64,000 nucleotides of DNA. Source: Nitrosopumilus sp. (GTDB taxonomy: Archaea; Thermoproteota; Nitrososphaeria; Nitrososphaerales; Nitrosopumilaceae). Both the position numbers and the translations under genes were made by a program. Below the pieces are notes generated by a model. The model was not told where the DNA came from. It was given only the letters and a program-made list of their open reading frames with translations, and searched no databases. Below are positions 27,975 through 38,533 of the stretch, in pieces (positions within the stretch are counted from its first letter, which is position 1; the number at the start of each line of letters is the position of its first letter). The DNA lies in contig OZ242186.1 in assembly GCA_965205675.1 (NCBI GenBank), positions 608,001 through 672,000 of the forward strand, written 5' to 3'.

Positions 27975-30900
27975 TTGCCAAAAAATGAATCATTGAAGAA
28001 AATTCTTGTCTTGGGAAGTGGAGCTATTAAAATTGGAGAAGCTGGTGAGTTTGATTATTCTGGAAGTCAATGTCTTAAAGCAATTCATGAAGATGGACTG
28101 AATAGTGTTTTAATTAATCCTAATATTGCTACCATTCAAACAGATACAAGATTTGCAGATCAGGTGTATCTACTTCCAGTAAATGCAGAATATGTGGAAT
28201 CCATTATTGAAAAAGAAAGACCTGATGGAATTATGTTGGCTTACGGTGGACAAACTGCCCTAAATTGCGGTGTTAACTTGGAGGAATCAGGCATTCTCAA
28301 AAAATATGGCGTGAATGTACTTGGAACTCAGATTAAAGGCATTCAGAGAACTGAGGATAGGCAACTTTTCAAAGATTCCATGAAGGACTGTGGGGTGCCT
28401 GTATTGAGAAGTAAAACTGTCAATAACTTTGAGGATGCCAAAAAAGCTGCAGAAGAACTAGTCTATCCTGTAATAATTCGAGTTGCATACACTCTTGGAG
28501 GTCGTGGCGGTGGTGTTGCATATAATGAAATTGAATTACATGAAATTGTTGAGCGTGGTCTCAAGGCAAGTATTGTAAAACAAGTTCTAGTTGAAGAATA
28601 CATTGGACATTGGAAACAAATTGAATATGAAGTTATGCAAGATTATGGTGGAAATAATGTAATTGTTTGTAACATGGAAAATGTTCTTTCCATGAAAGTA
28701 CACACTGGTGATAACATTGTAGTTGCCCCTTCACAAACTATTGATAACCATGAATATCATATGTTACGTTCTGCAGCATTACGTGCAACTAAACATGTTG
28801 GTATTGTTGGAGAATGTAATATTCAATATGCCCTTGCGCCTGATTCTGACAGATATGTCGCAATTGAAATTAATCCTAGACTTTCTCGCTCTTCTGCTTT
28901 AGCAAGTAAAGCTACTGGATATCCTTTAGCATATATGTCTGCCAAAATTGGATTGGGGTACAATCTATCTGAGCTTGTTAATCGAATCACTAAAAGTACT
29001 ACTGCGTGTTTTGAACCGTCTCTTGATTATGTCGTATGTAAACATCCTAGATGGGACTTTGGAAAATTTGAACTAGTCAATAGAAGACTTGGTCCTACTA
29101 TGAAATCTGTTGGAGAAGTTATGGCAGTTGGTAGAACGTTTGAAGAATCATTTCAGAAAGCAATTCGAATGTTGGATATTGGAAATGATGGATTAGTTTT
29201 GAATCGTTCAAATGGAAAATCTTACACTGAAGAAGAAATTGAATACAAACTATCTCATCATGATGACCAGATACTATACTATGTTGCAATTGCCCTAAAA
29301 ATGGGAGTTTCAGTTGAACGTATTTACAAATTATCTACTGTTGATTCTTGGTTTGTAGAAAAAATACAAAATATTGTAAACGTTGAAGAAAAATTAAAAA
29401 ATTCTGAATTAGATGAATTTCTTCTCTGGGATGCCAAAAAAACTGGTTTTGCTGACAAACAAATCGCACGTGCCCAGGACAAAAATCCTGACGAAATACG
29501 TGCTTTGAGAAAGAAATTAGGAGTGGTTCCTTCAGTAAAGCAAATTGATACTCTTGCAGCTGAATGGCCTGCTGTTACCAATTATCTCTATTTGACATAT
29601 GGTGGGCATTCTCATGATGTTATTGTTCCTGAGAATCAGCAAAGTATTGTGGTACTTGGTGCTGGACCATACCGTATTGGAAGTAGTGTCGAGTTTGATT
29701 GGGGAACTGTCAATATGGTTTGGGGTCTGCAAGAGAATGGAGAAAAACATGTTTCAGTAGTTAATTGTAATCCTGAAACCGTTTCAACTGATTATGATAT
29801 TTGTACTAGACTGTACTTTGAAGAATTAACTCAAGAACGTATTTTAGATATTACCGAATTTGAAAATCCTAAAGGAATTATTACATGTGTTGGTGGGCAA
29901 ACTGCAAACAATCTAACTCCTGGGTTGGCTCAACACGGTGTGAATATTCTTGGTACTAGCGCTCATGATGTAGATAGGGCTGAAGATCGTTCTAAATTTA
30001 GTGCTGAACTTGACAAACTTCACATACAACAGCCACGTTGGCAAGCTTTCTCTAATCTTAATGAAGCAAAATCTTTTGCACAAGAAGTTGAATTTCCTGT
30101 AATCGTAAGGCCGTCTTACGTTTTATCTGGTGCTGCTATGAAAGTTGTTTGGTCTCAAGAAGAATTAAAAACATATGTCCAAGAAGCTACTGATGTTTCA
30201 CCTGATCATCCTGTTGTAATTTCAAAATTCATGTTAAACTCTCTTGAAGTTGATGTTGATGGTATCAGTAATGGTAAAGAAGTTGTGATTGGTGCCATCG
30301 TTGAACATATTGACAGTGCAGGTGTTCATTCTGGTGATGCTATGATGGTTATTCCACCTTGGCGTTTAAATAATAAAATTATTGAAACAATTAATGAATA
30401 CACGAAAAAAATTGCATTGACATTTAATGTAAAAGGACCATTTAATCTCCAATTTTTGATACATGATGATCATGTTTATGTAATTGAGTTAAACATCAGA
30501 GCCTCTCGTTCTATGCCTTTTGTCTCAAAATTAGTCAAAACAAACCTAATTTCTCTTGCATCAAAGGCAATTTTGAATAAACCTCTTCCTAAAATTCCTG
30601 AAAATAAATGGCAAAAAATCCATAATTATGGAATCAAAGTCCCTCAGTTTTCATTCATGCAATTGGAAGGTGCTGATATTGCACTGGGAGTTGAAATGCA
30701 GTCCACTGGTGAGGCGGCATGTTTTGGAAACAGCTTTTATGATGCACTATCTAAGGGATTAACCTCTGTTGGATATAATCTCCCAGACAAAGGTTCTGCA
30801 CTTGTCACTGTTGGAGGTGCACAAAATAAAGAAAAATTAGTCTCCACTATAGCTAAACTCAAACATTTGGGTTTTAATATTCTGGCAACTGAACATACTG

Positions 30901-31217
30901 CTGAATTTTTTGAAGAAAAAATCGGCCAAGTTGAAATTGTACATAAAATATCCGAACCTGAAAGAAAACCAAATATCTCTGATTTATTATATGAACGAAA
31001 AATTGATTTTATAATAAATATACCAAGTACATCTACTTTAGAAAAATATGTTGGAATGTTAGATGATGAATACCAAATTCGACGAAAATCTTTAGAATTG
31101 GGCATTCCTGTTTTAACTACTATAGAATTAGCTGATTCATTTGTTAAAACACTAGAATGGTTACGTGATAACAAAACTACAAAAGATCCCATTGAACCTT
31201 ATGACAAGTATGAATAA
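27975..31217 (+). CDS. carB: Carbamoyl-phosphate synthase large subunit
   Basis: EFDYSG, two ATP-grasp modules and MGS domain. Confidence 0.97.
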   Translation: MPKNESLKKILVLGSGAIKIGEAGEFDYSGSQCLKAIHEDGLNSVLINPNIATIQTDTRFADQVYLLPVNAEYVESIIEKERPDGIMLAYGGQTALNCGVNLEESGILKKYGVNVLGTQIKGIQRTEDRQLFKDSMKDCGVPVLRSKTVNNFEDAKKAAEELVYPVIIRVAYTLGGRGGGVAYNEIELHEIVERGLKASIVKQVLVEEYIGHWKQIEYEVMQDYGGNNVIVCNMENVLSMKVHTGDNIVVAPSQTIDNHEYHMLRSAALRATKHVGIVGECNIQYALAPDSDRYVAIEINPRLSRSSALASKATGYPLAYMSAKIGLGYNLSELVNRITKSTTACFEPSLDYVVCKHPRWDFGKFELVNRRLGPTMKSVGEVMAVGRTFEESFQKAIRMLDIGNDGLVLNRSNGKSYTEEEIEYKLSHHDDQILYYVAIALKMGVSVERIYKLSTVDSWFVEKIQNIVNVEEKLKNSELDEFLLWDAKKTGFADKQIARAQDKNPDEIRALRKKLGVVPSVKQIDTLAAEWPAVTNYLYLTYGGHSHDVIVPENQQSIVVLGAGPYRIGSSVEFDWGTVNMVWGLQENGEKHVSVVNCNPETVSTDYDICTRLYFEELTQERILDITEFENPKGIITCVGGQTANNLTPGLAQHGVNILGTSAHDVDRAEDRSKFSAELDKLHIQQPRWQAFSNLNEAKSFAQEVEFPVIVRPSYVLSGAAMKVVWSQEELKTYVQEATDVSPDHPVVISKFMLNSLEVDVDGISNGKEVVIGAIVEHIDSAGVHSGDAMMVIPPWRLNNKIIETINEYTKKIALTFNVKGPFNLQFLIHDDHVYVIELNIRASRSMPFVSKLVKTNLISLASKAILNKPLPKIPENKWQKIHNYGIKVPQFSFMQLEGADIALGVEMQSTGEAACFGNSFYDALSKGLTSVGYNLPDKGSALVTVGGAQNKEKLVSTIAKLKHLGFNILATEHTAEFFEEKIGQVEIVHKISEPERKPNISDLLYERKIDFIINIPSTSTLEKYVGMLDDEYQIRRKSLELGIPVLTTIELADSFVKTLEWLRDNKTTKDPIEPYDKYE

Positions 31218-31834
31218 TTCTAAAAAATATAACTGCAAATATTCTGTAAAATAACAATCACAAAAAAATTCTCTGATGATGAACTTGATGTAGTTTTAAG
31301 TAAAATTGAGAAATCTGAAACTGATGGTATGGTAAGAAGCATAAATTCGTAAGTTATTCTTTAGATGTTTTAATTTCTAACATTTGGTGCTTGGGTAAAA
31401 TCGCCTGATTCCTAGTTTCTTTGGAACTATTTAGCTCCCCAACTTTGTCTTTTTGCTATTAGATTCACCAATCTAAAAAATACTGTGAAAAAATTTTTAT
31501 AAAAATAACGATTACAGAATTTAAACTCAAAGATATTTTGATATTTTTAGATGAAAATGGTCTTGTACAATAGATTTTCTTTGATGCTAATTCTTGGATC
31601 CCATGACTTGCATTTTATCGAATATATGAAAAAGGCAGAGATTTGATTGTAAAATTTACTAGGAATTCTGGTGGTAAATGGAATAGGAAATGGTTATTCT
31701 GCATCTCTTTTATGTCAAAACTGTGTCTATTCATCTGAAACTCGTATTCTAAAACTGTAAAAGTTTGGATAAAATTCCAAAGACATCCTCTAACTGTACC
31801 ATGAAAGGTAAACCCGTGCACAAAATTTGTTTGA

Positions 31835-32581
31835 TTAAATCACTTGGTTGATGTTTGACTCATTTCCAATAATTGTTCCATCCAGTGTGATTATTCTTGC
31901 TTTGGTTATTTCTGTAATTTTGTTTATTATTGGAGAAATTGATTTTTTGTATTGTTTTCTATGTGTTGCGTAAAAATATTTGTTAAATGATGGCATGATT
32001 ATTATTTCAATTTCCCCTGATTTATTTGGAAATATGTTTTCTTTTTGTGTTTTAATTGATACCCATACTCTTTGTCCATTAATTATGGAATCTTCTTGAA
32101 AAAAAACTGGATGTACATGTCCCATTATGATTTTATTTACATGAGAAAAATTTTCTGAAGGCATTGTATGCCCATGTGTTAACAATACATCTTCTTCCAC
32201 CACTCCTGTTGAACTAATCATTGATATGTTATCTGGAACTAATCTTTGAATATTTGCATCATGATTTCCTGGAATTAATACCACATCGCATTTTTTACTA
32301 ATTTCTCTAAAAAATAATGGTACTTCGTTCCATTCGTTTCTTGATATACTTTTGATGCTTGATTTGATATCTCCGAGTAAAATAACTGAATCTGGTTCCT
32401 CAGAATCAATTAATTCTGTTACTTCTTGAATTGATTCATTTATCGTTGAATTTTTACCTATAAAAATTTCATTTGATGCCATGTTATTTTCAAATCCTAT
32501 ATGAATATCTGTAATTATGAGATTCTTTCTCTTTCCTTCTAAAATCAAAGCTGGTTTTGATGGGATTATTCTTGTCTGCAT
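31835..32581 (-). CDS. Calcineurin-like metallophosphoesterase
   Basis: DIHIG, GD, GNHD, HGH and GHVHP motifs. Confidence 0.9.
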   Translation of the reverse strand: MQTRIIPSKPALILEGKRKNLIITDIHIGFENNMASNEIFIGKNSTINESIQEVTELIDSEEPDSVILLGDIKSSIKSISRNEWNEVPLFFREISKKCDVVLIPGNHDANIQRLVPDNISMISSTGVVEEDVLLTHGHTMPSENFSHVNKIIMGHVHPVFFQEDSIINGQRVWVSIKTQKENIFPNKSGEIEIIIMPSFNKYFYATHRKQYKKSISPIINKITEITKARIITLDGTIIGNESNINQVI

Positions 32582-32618
32582 CATCAAAGTTATACTGTAG
32601 ATATATGATTAAATTCTT

Positions 32619-32921
32619 ATGAGCAAGGATTTGAATCGTATACAGTCTATAGTTTCTCAACGACGAGTCAAATTGCATATTTTTGAGCCTAGTCAAAGAA
32701 AAATCTGGACTGTAGTTGGTAAAGGTAAAGAACATTGGGTAGATCCTGATTGTAATTATTGCTCTTGCTTTGGATTTTATTTTGGTAGATTAAATGGAAA
32801 AATTACCTGTTATCATCTTGAATCTGCACAACTTGCTAGAAACAATAATCAAGTTGAAAAAATTATTTTTTCTGATGATGAATTTACTATTTTTCTGTCA
32901 GGATTAATTTCTGATTTGTAA
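32619..32921 (+). CDS. SWIM zinc-finger protein
   Basis: CSC...CYH motif. Confidence 0.82.
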   Translation: MSKDLNRIQSIVSQRRVKLHIFEPSQRKIWTVVGKGKEHWVDPDCNYCSCFGFYFGRLNGKITCYHLESAQLARNNNQVEKIIFSDDEFTIFLSGLISDL

Positions 32922-32968
32922 TTATTGCTATTCGAACTTGTTAATAACTAGAAATTTTATACAAAACT

Positions 32969-33220
32969 ATGGATGAGAATCAACAAAATTCTGAAATAGA
33001 AAAAATTGCAAATATCATGCTTCATGATGATATTTCTCCTGATGAGCAAGATGTTGCTAAATTAGAGAAATACAAAAACCAAATCAAAGAAGATTGTAAT
33101 CTTGATGATGATAAAGCAATGAAGCTTGTTTATGAAACACTGCTTTATAGAAAATTAAAAAACTCTGATTCTAGTGATGTTTTAGAAAAAGGTAGTGAGT
33201 TTGGAGCTGGATTTAGCTAA
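32969..33220 (+). CDS. Conserved hypothetical protein
   Basis: 83-aa acidic ORF ending FGAGFS. Confidence 0.75.
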   Translation: MDENQQNSEIEKIANIMLHDDISPDEQDVAKLEKYKNQIKEDCNLDDDKAMKLVYETLLYRKLKNSDSSDVLEKGSEFGAGFS

Positions 33221-33222
33221 GT

Positions 33223-33522
33223 TTATTCTAACGGTATAGTGTCAATATCGTCTTTTGAAACTCCTTTCCAAAGACCAATCATCCCTTCTGGTTCTACTTG
33301 TTCAACTTTGGTAATTTGTTGAATTTTGATGTGATCTGGGGTTGGAGGCATCCATAACATTGCCATATACTCTCCCACCTCTCCAACTTTTGTTGGTGAT
33401 GCTATGGTGATCTTTTCTGCTACAAATCCTTTTGCAACTAGTGCATTTGTGGCTTTTTCTTTAAGATCCATTTTTCCATGTAGGAATAAATAGACCTCTT
33501 TTTGTGTATCAATTTCTGCCAT
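33223..33522 (-). CDS. Conserved hypothetical protein
   Basis: 99-aa ORF with normal codon usage. Confidence 0.75.
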   Translation of the reverse strand: MAEIDTQKEVYLFLHGKMDLKEKATNALVAKGFVAEKITIASPTKVGEVGEYMAMLWMPPTPDHIKIQQITKVEQVEPEGMIGLWKGVSKDDIDTIPLE

Positions 33523-33610
33523 GAAATATATGATCTTTTAAACTAAATCAATCTTTCTTGATCTAATTTCCCCAAAAAGGATTAAATTAGAACAAACGAG
33601 AATCCCAACT

Positions 33611-33904
33611 GTGAAAATCTTCACTGTTGGTAACAAATCTTTTGTAACTAGTTTCCAGTTGGCTGGAATTCCTGGCAAAATCTCTGAAACTCCTCAAAAG
33701 GCTTTTGAAGAAATCAAAACATTAACTGATGATTCTGATGTTGGTTTGGTTTTGGTCAGTGATGATATTACAGAATCTATTGGTGATAAATTAACTGCTT
33801 TACGAGCTGAAAAATCTACTCTTGTTTTTGCATTACCTGCAGCAGGTAGTGAAAAAACTGAAGTTGATTACAGAGTTATGCTAAAGAAAATTCTTGGTGT
33901 ATAA
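33611..33904 (+). CDS. atpF: A/V-type ATP synthase subunit F
   Basis: VG....V..FQLAGI N-terminus and KKILGV C-terminus. Confidence 0.9.
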   Translation: MKIFTVGNKSFVTSFQLAGIPGKISETPQKAFEEIKTLTDDSDVGLVLVSDDITESIGDKLTALRAEKSTLVFALPAAGSEKTEVDYRVMLKKILGV

Positions 33905-33935
33905 TCTATTATAATCAGATTTATGATATTTTACA

Positions 33936-34964
33936 ATGAAAACTGCTTCTGTTAAAGAACCATCTGTAATTTCTGTAGATGAAACAGAAAAACCTCAATT
34001 AGAATCTGGAGATATTTTAGTACAAATGCGTGCATGTGGTATTTGTGGCTCTGACTTGGAGAAAGTCTTTGGTCAGTATGGTCAACCTTCAATGCGTTTA
34101 GGCCATGAGCCCTCTGGAATTATCTTAGATGTTGGTTCTAATGTGACAGAATTCAAAAAAGGCGATAGAGTGTTCACTCACCACCATGTTCCATGTTATG
34201 ACTGCCATTTTTGTAATCATGGAAATGAAACAATGTGTAAGAAATACTATGAAACAAATCTTTCTCCTTGTGGGTTATCTGAAGAATATGTTGTGCCTTC
34301 ATGGAATGTTTCACATGGTGGAGTTTTGAAAATTTCTGACTCCCTTAGCTATGAAGAAGCTGCAATGATTGAACCATTGGCATGTTGTGTTAGAGCATGG
34401 TCAAAATTCTCTTATCATGAAGATGATTCAGCTGCAATTTTTGGTGTAGGTCCTACTGGTATGATGCATGTGCTACTAGCGCATACTAAAAAATTCTCAA
34501 AGATTTTCTGTTTTGATGTTAATGATTTTAGATTGAATTTTGCCAAAAAATTTGATATCACTAATTCTATCTCATCTATGGATGAAAACCGAAAACAAAA
34601 GATTCTAGATGATACTGGTGGTCAGGGAGTGGATGTTGCAATTGTTGCTACAAGTAGCCTCAAAGCATTAGATGATGCTCTAGATATGGTGAGAAAAGGT
34701 GGCACTGTTATGATGTTTGGTGTTCCTTCTAAAGGTGCCAAATTAGATTTGGATATGAGCAAAGTTTACTCTAAGGAAATTACTTTGATCACTAGTTATG
34801 CTGCATCTGATTCTGATACTAAAGAAGCCTTATCTTTGATAGAGTCTTCCCAAATTAATGTCAAGCAATTAATTACTCACACTTATTCCATATCTGATTC
34901 TCAAAAAGCATTTGATCATGCTCGCACTGGTCAAAATGCTATGAAAATTATCATTACAAAATAA
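33936..34964 (+). CDS. Zinc-dependent medium-chain dehydrogenase
   Basis: CGICGSD, GHE, CxxCxxC and GVGPTG. Confidence 0.92.
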   Translation: MKTASVKEPSVISVDETEKPQLESGDILVQMRACGICGSDLEKVFGQYGQPSMRLGHEPSGIILDVGSNVTEFKKGDRVFTHHHVPCYDCHFCNHGNETMCKKYYETNLSPCGLSEEYVVPSWNVSHGGVLKISDSLSYEEAAMIEPLACCVRAWSKFSYHEDDSAAIFGVGPTGMMHVLLAHTKKFSKIFCFDVNDFRLNFAKKFDITNSISSMDENRKQKILDDTGGQGVDVAIVATSSLKALDDALDMVRKGGTVMMFGVPSKGAKLDLDMSKVYSKEITLITSYAASDSDTKEALSLIESSQINVKQLITHTYSISDSQKAFDHARTGQNAMKIIITK

Positions 34965-35009
34965 GAAAGGCTTAAGAAGGGATTTTCATTCTTTCAAAAT
35001 CGAAGTAAT

Positions 35010-36164
35010 TTGGATTGGGGATTAAAAAATAGAATTTCTAGTATAATCAAACCGCAAAATAACCGTGCATTGATGTTGGCTGTAGACCATGGTTATTTTC
35101 TTGGCCCTACTGAAAAGTTAGAGAATCCTAGAAAGGTAATTGCTCCTTTGTTAAAATATTGTGACTCTTTGATGGTTACCCGAGGAGTTCAAAGAACTTC
35201 TGTTCCTGCAACTACTGATACCCCTATGGTCTTGAGAGTTTCTGGCGGTTCTAGTATTATAGGTGATGATCTATCTCAAGAAGATATCACAGTATCTGTT
35301 GAAGATGCTATTAGACTAAATGCAAGTGCTCTTGCAATGTCTATCTTTGTTGGCTCAAAATATGAATATCAAACCATTGTTAATCTTGGAAAATTAGTTA
35401 ATGAGGCAGAAAAATATGGTTTGCCTGTTTTAGCAGTTACTGCAGTGGGAAAGGAACTTGGTAAGGATGCACGATACCTTTCATTGGCTTGTCGTATTGC
35501 AGCTGAACAAGGCGCACATATTGTCAAAACTTACTATTGTGAGAATTTTGAAAAAGTTGTTCAATCATGTCCTGTGCCAATTATTGTTGCAGGTGGAAAG
35601 AAAATTCCTGAACGTGATGCCTTACAATTAACATATAACGCAATCAAAGGCGGCGCTGTGGGTGTTGATATGGGTAGAAACATCTGGCAATCTGCACATC
35701 CAGTTCCTATGATCCAGGCTGTGCGCGCAATTGTACACCAAAACAAAAATGCTGATCAAGCTTTCAAAATATATCAACAACTCGTAGCACAAGAACCAAA
35801 ATCAAACGAACCTAATAATTACAAAAAAGGTAACAACCCAAACCAAAAGAAAGGTAACAACCCAAACCAAAAGAAAGGTAACAACCCAAACCAAAAGAAA
35901 GGTAACAACCCAAACCCAGAGAAAGACAATAACCCAAAACCAAACGAACTTAACAATCAGAAAAAAGATGATGTCTCAAACCAAAAGAAAGACAATAATC
36001 CAAAACCAAACGAACTTAACAATCAGAAAAAAGATGATGTCTCAAACCAAAAGAAAGACAATAACCCAAAACCAAACGAACTTAACAATCAGAAAAAAGA
36101 TGATGTCTCAAACCAAAAGAAAGACAATAACCCAAAACCAAACGAACTTGATGGTACAAAATAA
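35010..36164 (+). CDS. lsrF: LsrF-like class I aldolase/thiolase with low-complexity tail
   Basis: MDWGLKNR, AVDHGYF.GP, VKTY, AGG and DMGRNIWQ. Confidence 0.85.
   Translation: MDWGLKNRISSIIKPQNNRALMLAVDHGYFLGPTEKLENPRKVIAPLLKYCDSLMVTRGVQRTSVPATTDTPMVLRVSGGSSIIGDDLSQEDITVSVEDAIRLNASALAMSIFVGSKYEYQTIVNLGKLVNEAEKYGLPVLAVTAVGKELGKDARYLSLACRIAAEQGAHIVKTYYCENFEKVVQSCPVPIIVAGGKKIPERDALQLTYNAIKGGAVGVDMGRNIWQSAHPVPMIQAVRAIVHQNKNADQAFKIYQQLVAQEPKSNEPNNYKKGNNPNQKKGNNPNQKKGNNPNQKKGNNPNPEKDNNPKPNELNNQKKDDVSNQKKDNNPKPNELNNQKKDDVSNQKKDNNPKPNELNNQKKDDVSNQKKDNNPKPNELDGTK
35826..36149 (+). repeat. Compound in-frame tandem repeats: 24 bp x4, then 66 bp x3.5
   Basis: AAAGGTAACAACCCAAACCAAAAG from 35826; 66-bp unit (KDNNPKPNELNNQKKDDVSNQK) at 35922, 35988, 36054, partial at 36120. 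Confidence 0.95.
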
Positions 36165-36200
36165 TAAAGTTTCTAATACATATCAAAATTTAATCTATTT

Positions 36201-36602
36201 TCATTCAATTCTAGATAAATGAATATGTGCAATCTTCCATGTTGGTTGTTTTACCAAAACAAATGTTGCACGCCCTGTTATTGTCATGTGTTCTCCTGTG
36301 AATGCTTTGTTATCTACTAGCATTCCTTTTTGGATCAACTCCAACGCAACAATTGCCGTTTCTCCAAATACACTGATTTTTGGATTTTTTATCTCATAAG
36401 AATAGTCTGATATGCTAACAAATCTTAATTCTTCTAACTCTATTGTTGTTTGATAGTCTTTGAGATCATATGGTGGCAAGTCACTAAAACTGGAAAATTT
36501 TGGGTCATTAAGGTGAATCCCTTTGAGTGTCTCCAAATCCTTGGTAATTCCTGCTTGAAATAATATTTCAATCACTTTGATTATCTCTTCATTATCGTTC
36601 AA
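36201..36602 (-). CDS. NTF2/SnoaL-like protein
   Basis: C-terminal RATFVLVK..TWKIAHIHLS. Confidence 0.85.
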   Translation of the reverse strand: MNDNEEIIKVIEILFQAGITKDLETLKGIHLNDPKFSSFSDLPPYDLKDYQTTIELEELRFVSISDYSYEIKNPKISVFGETAIVALELIQKGMLVDNKAFTGEHMTITGRATFVLVKQPTWKIAHIHLSRIE

Positions 36603-36720
36603 AACAGTCTAATCTAAAATGAAGAAAATATCAGTTAAATCTTATGTATATTTGAGGCTAACACTTGATTATTTTTTGAGAATCTTTATTAATTGTCAAT
36701 TGATTATTTTTTTGATTTCA

Positions 36721-36780
36721 ATGAGTACAGAATTTACAGGAATTTTTGGCAAAGTAGTGTCAGTGACTGTTCTACTGTAA
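36721..36780 (+). CDS. Putative ilv/leu leader peptide MSTEFTGIFGKVVSVTVLL
   Basis: 19-codon uORF ending 31 nt before ilvB; last 8 codons VVSVTVLL; TATA-like TTTATTAA at 36685-36692. Confidence 0.6.
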   Translation: MSTEFTGIFGKVVSVTVLL

Positions 36781-36811
36781 AATGTGCCTGATATCTTACT
36801 AGATTAAAATT

Positions 36812-38524
36812 ATGGAGAGAAGTTTGATGAATGAAATGGAAAATATGACTGGTGCAAAGGCCTTGATGACCTCTATGGAAAAAGAAGGCGTCAAACAAGT
36901 ATTTGGTTTACCTGGAGGTGCAAATCTCCCAATGTATGATGAATTTGCCAGATGTGATATACGACACATTTTGGTAAGGCATGAACAATCAGCAGCTCAT
37001 ATGGCTGATGGTTTTGGTAGAGTTAGCAGAAAACCTGGTGTATGTTTTGCAACTTCTGGTCCTGGTGCTACTAACATTTTAACTGGAATTGCAACTGCAC
37101 AAGCTGATTCTGCACCTATGATTGCAGTAACTGGACAAGTATCAGTCGACATGATTGGTAAGGATGCATTTCAAGAAAGTGATATTATTGGAATGGCAAA
37201 CCCTGTTGTAAAATATGCTTTTCAACCTCGAAGTGCTGCTGAAATCCCCGAAGTTGTAAAAAAAGGATTTTTCATTGCAGAAACTGGAAGACCTGGACCT
37301 GTATTAATTGACATTCCAAAAGATGTTCAAATAAATGAAGCACCAATGAATTTTCCTGATGAATTTAAAATTCAAGGTTATCATCCTTGGACTGATCCTG
37401 ATATTGTTAATGTTGAAAGAGCAATCGATATGTTACTTCACGCAGAAAAACCAATCATACTAGCTGGCGGTGGTGCAATCATTTCATCAGCTTTTGCAGA
37501 GCTGCAATCAATTGCTGAAGCATTAATGCTTCCAGTAGTTACTACTTTCAAAGGCAAGGGTGGATTTCCAGAAAATCATCCTTTATCCCTAGGCCCAATT
37601 GGAATGCATGGCCATGCAGAAGCTAACAAAATGATGGCAGAAGCTGATTGTGTGTTAGCTATTGGTACTAGATTCTCTGATCGGTCAGTTGGTACCTTTG
37701 AGGCATTTGAGAAAAGATTGAAAATTATTCACATGGATGTAGATCCTGCAGAGATTGGTAAAAACCAAACAGCTCAAGTTGCCATAGTGGGAGATGTTCG
37801 TGCCTCCTTGCGTATTATGGTAAAATTACTTTTGCAAAAAGCGATTAAAAAAACTGAAGAAACTCCTTGGATAAAACATGTCAAGGAAACTAAGGCATAT
37901 TGGAAAGAAAACTTGAAACTTCATCCTGGTGAAATGGGTGCCGCTAAAATTTTACGCAAGCTTCGTGAATTACTCCCAAAGGAATCTATTGTTACAACTG
38001 AGGTAGGACAACACCAAATGTGGGCTTCTTTATTTTATGATGTAATTCAACCCGGAACTTTCTTTAGTTCTACTGGACTTGGTACTATGGGTTGGGGATT
38101 TCCTGCAGCCATTGGTGCCAAAGTTGCAAAACCTGATGCACCTGTAGTTGACATTGCAGGAGATGGTAGTTTTAGTATGACTGAGAATTCTCTTGCAACT
38201 GCAGTTCTTGAAGACATTCCTGTCATTGTATTTCTCTTAAACAACTCTTCACTAGGAATGGTAGCTCAATGGCAAAGAACCTTCTATGACCGACGAATGA
38301 TTGGTGTAGATCAACAAAGTTGTCCTGATTATGTTAAACTCGCAGAGTCTTATGGCGCACAAGGATTAAGAGCTCAGTCTATGGATGAACTTGACAATGC
38401 AATTAAAACTGCATTAAGCAGCAATGTTGCAACTGTAATTGACATTCCAATTGATCCTGAAGAAGATGTATTGCCATTTGTAGCTCCTGGAACTCCGTTG
38501 TCGGAGATGATCTTACCTTCTTAG
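36812..38524 (+). CDS. ilvB: Acetolactate synthase large subunit
   Basis: FGLPGG, RHEQ, TSGPG and GDGS..NN; start may be one of the next ATGs. Confidence 0.95.
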   Translation: MERSLMNEMENMTGAKALMTSMEKEGVKQVFGLPGGANLPMYDEFARCDIRHILVRHEQSAAHMADGFGRVSRKPGVCFATSGPGATNILTGIATAQADSAPMIAVTGQVSVDMIGKDAFQESDIIGMANPVVKYAFQPRSAAEIPEVVKKGFFIAETGRPGPVLIDIPKDVQINEAPMNFPDEFKIQGYHPWTDPDIVNVERAIDMLLHAEKPIILAGGGAIISSAFAELQSIAEALMLPVVTTFKGKGGFPENHPLSLGPIGMHGHAEANKMMAEADCVLAIGTRFSDRSVGTFEAFEKRLKIIHMDVDPAEIGKNQTAQVAIVGDVRASLRIMVKLLLQKAIKKTEETPWIKHVKETKAYWKENLKLHPGEMGAAKILRKLRELLPKESIVTTEVGQHQMWASLFYDVIQPGTFFSSTGLGTMGWGFPAAIGAKVAKPDAPVVDIAGDGSFSMTENSLATAVLEDIPVIVFLLNNSSLGMVAQWQRTFYDRRMIGVDQQSCPDYVKLAESYGAQGLRAQSMDELDNAIKTALSSNVATVIDIPIDPEEDVLPFVAPGTPLSEMILPS

Positions 38525-38533
38525 TGATTAAAC

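Noticed and set aside
31220-31830. Possible gene after carB
   Set aside because: Only short broken frames; perhaps a remnant but no family assignable
35826-36149. Possible CRISPR array
   Set aside because: Units are contiguous with no unique spacers, stay in frame in a CDS, and no cas genes are present
35968-36222. 84-aa repeat ORF
   Set aside because: Alternative frame of the 66-bp repeat
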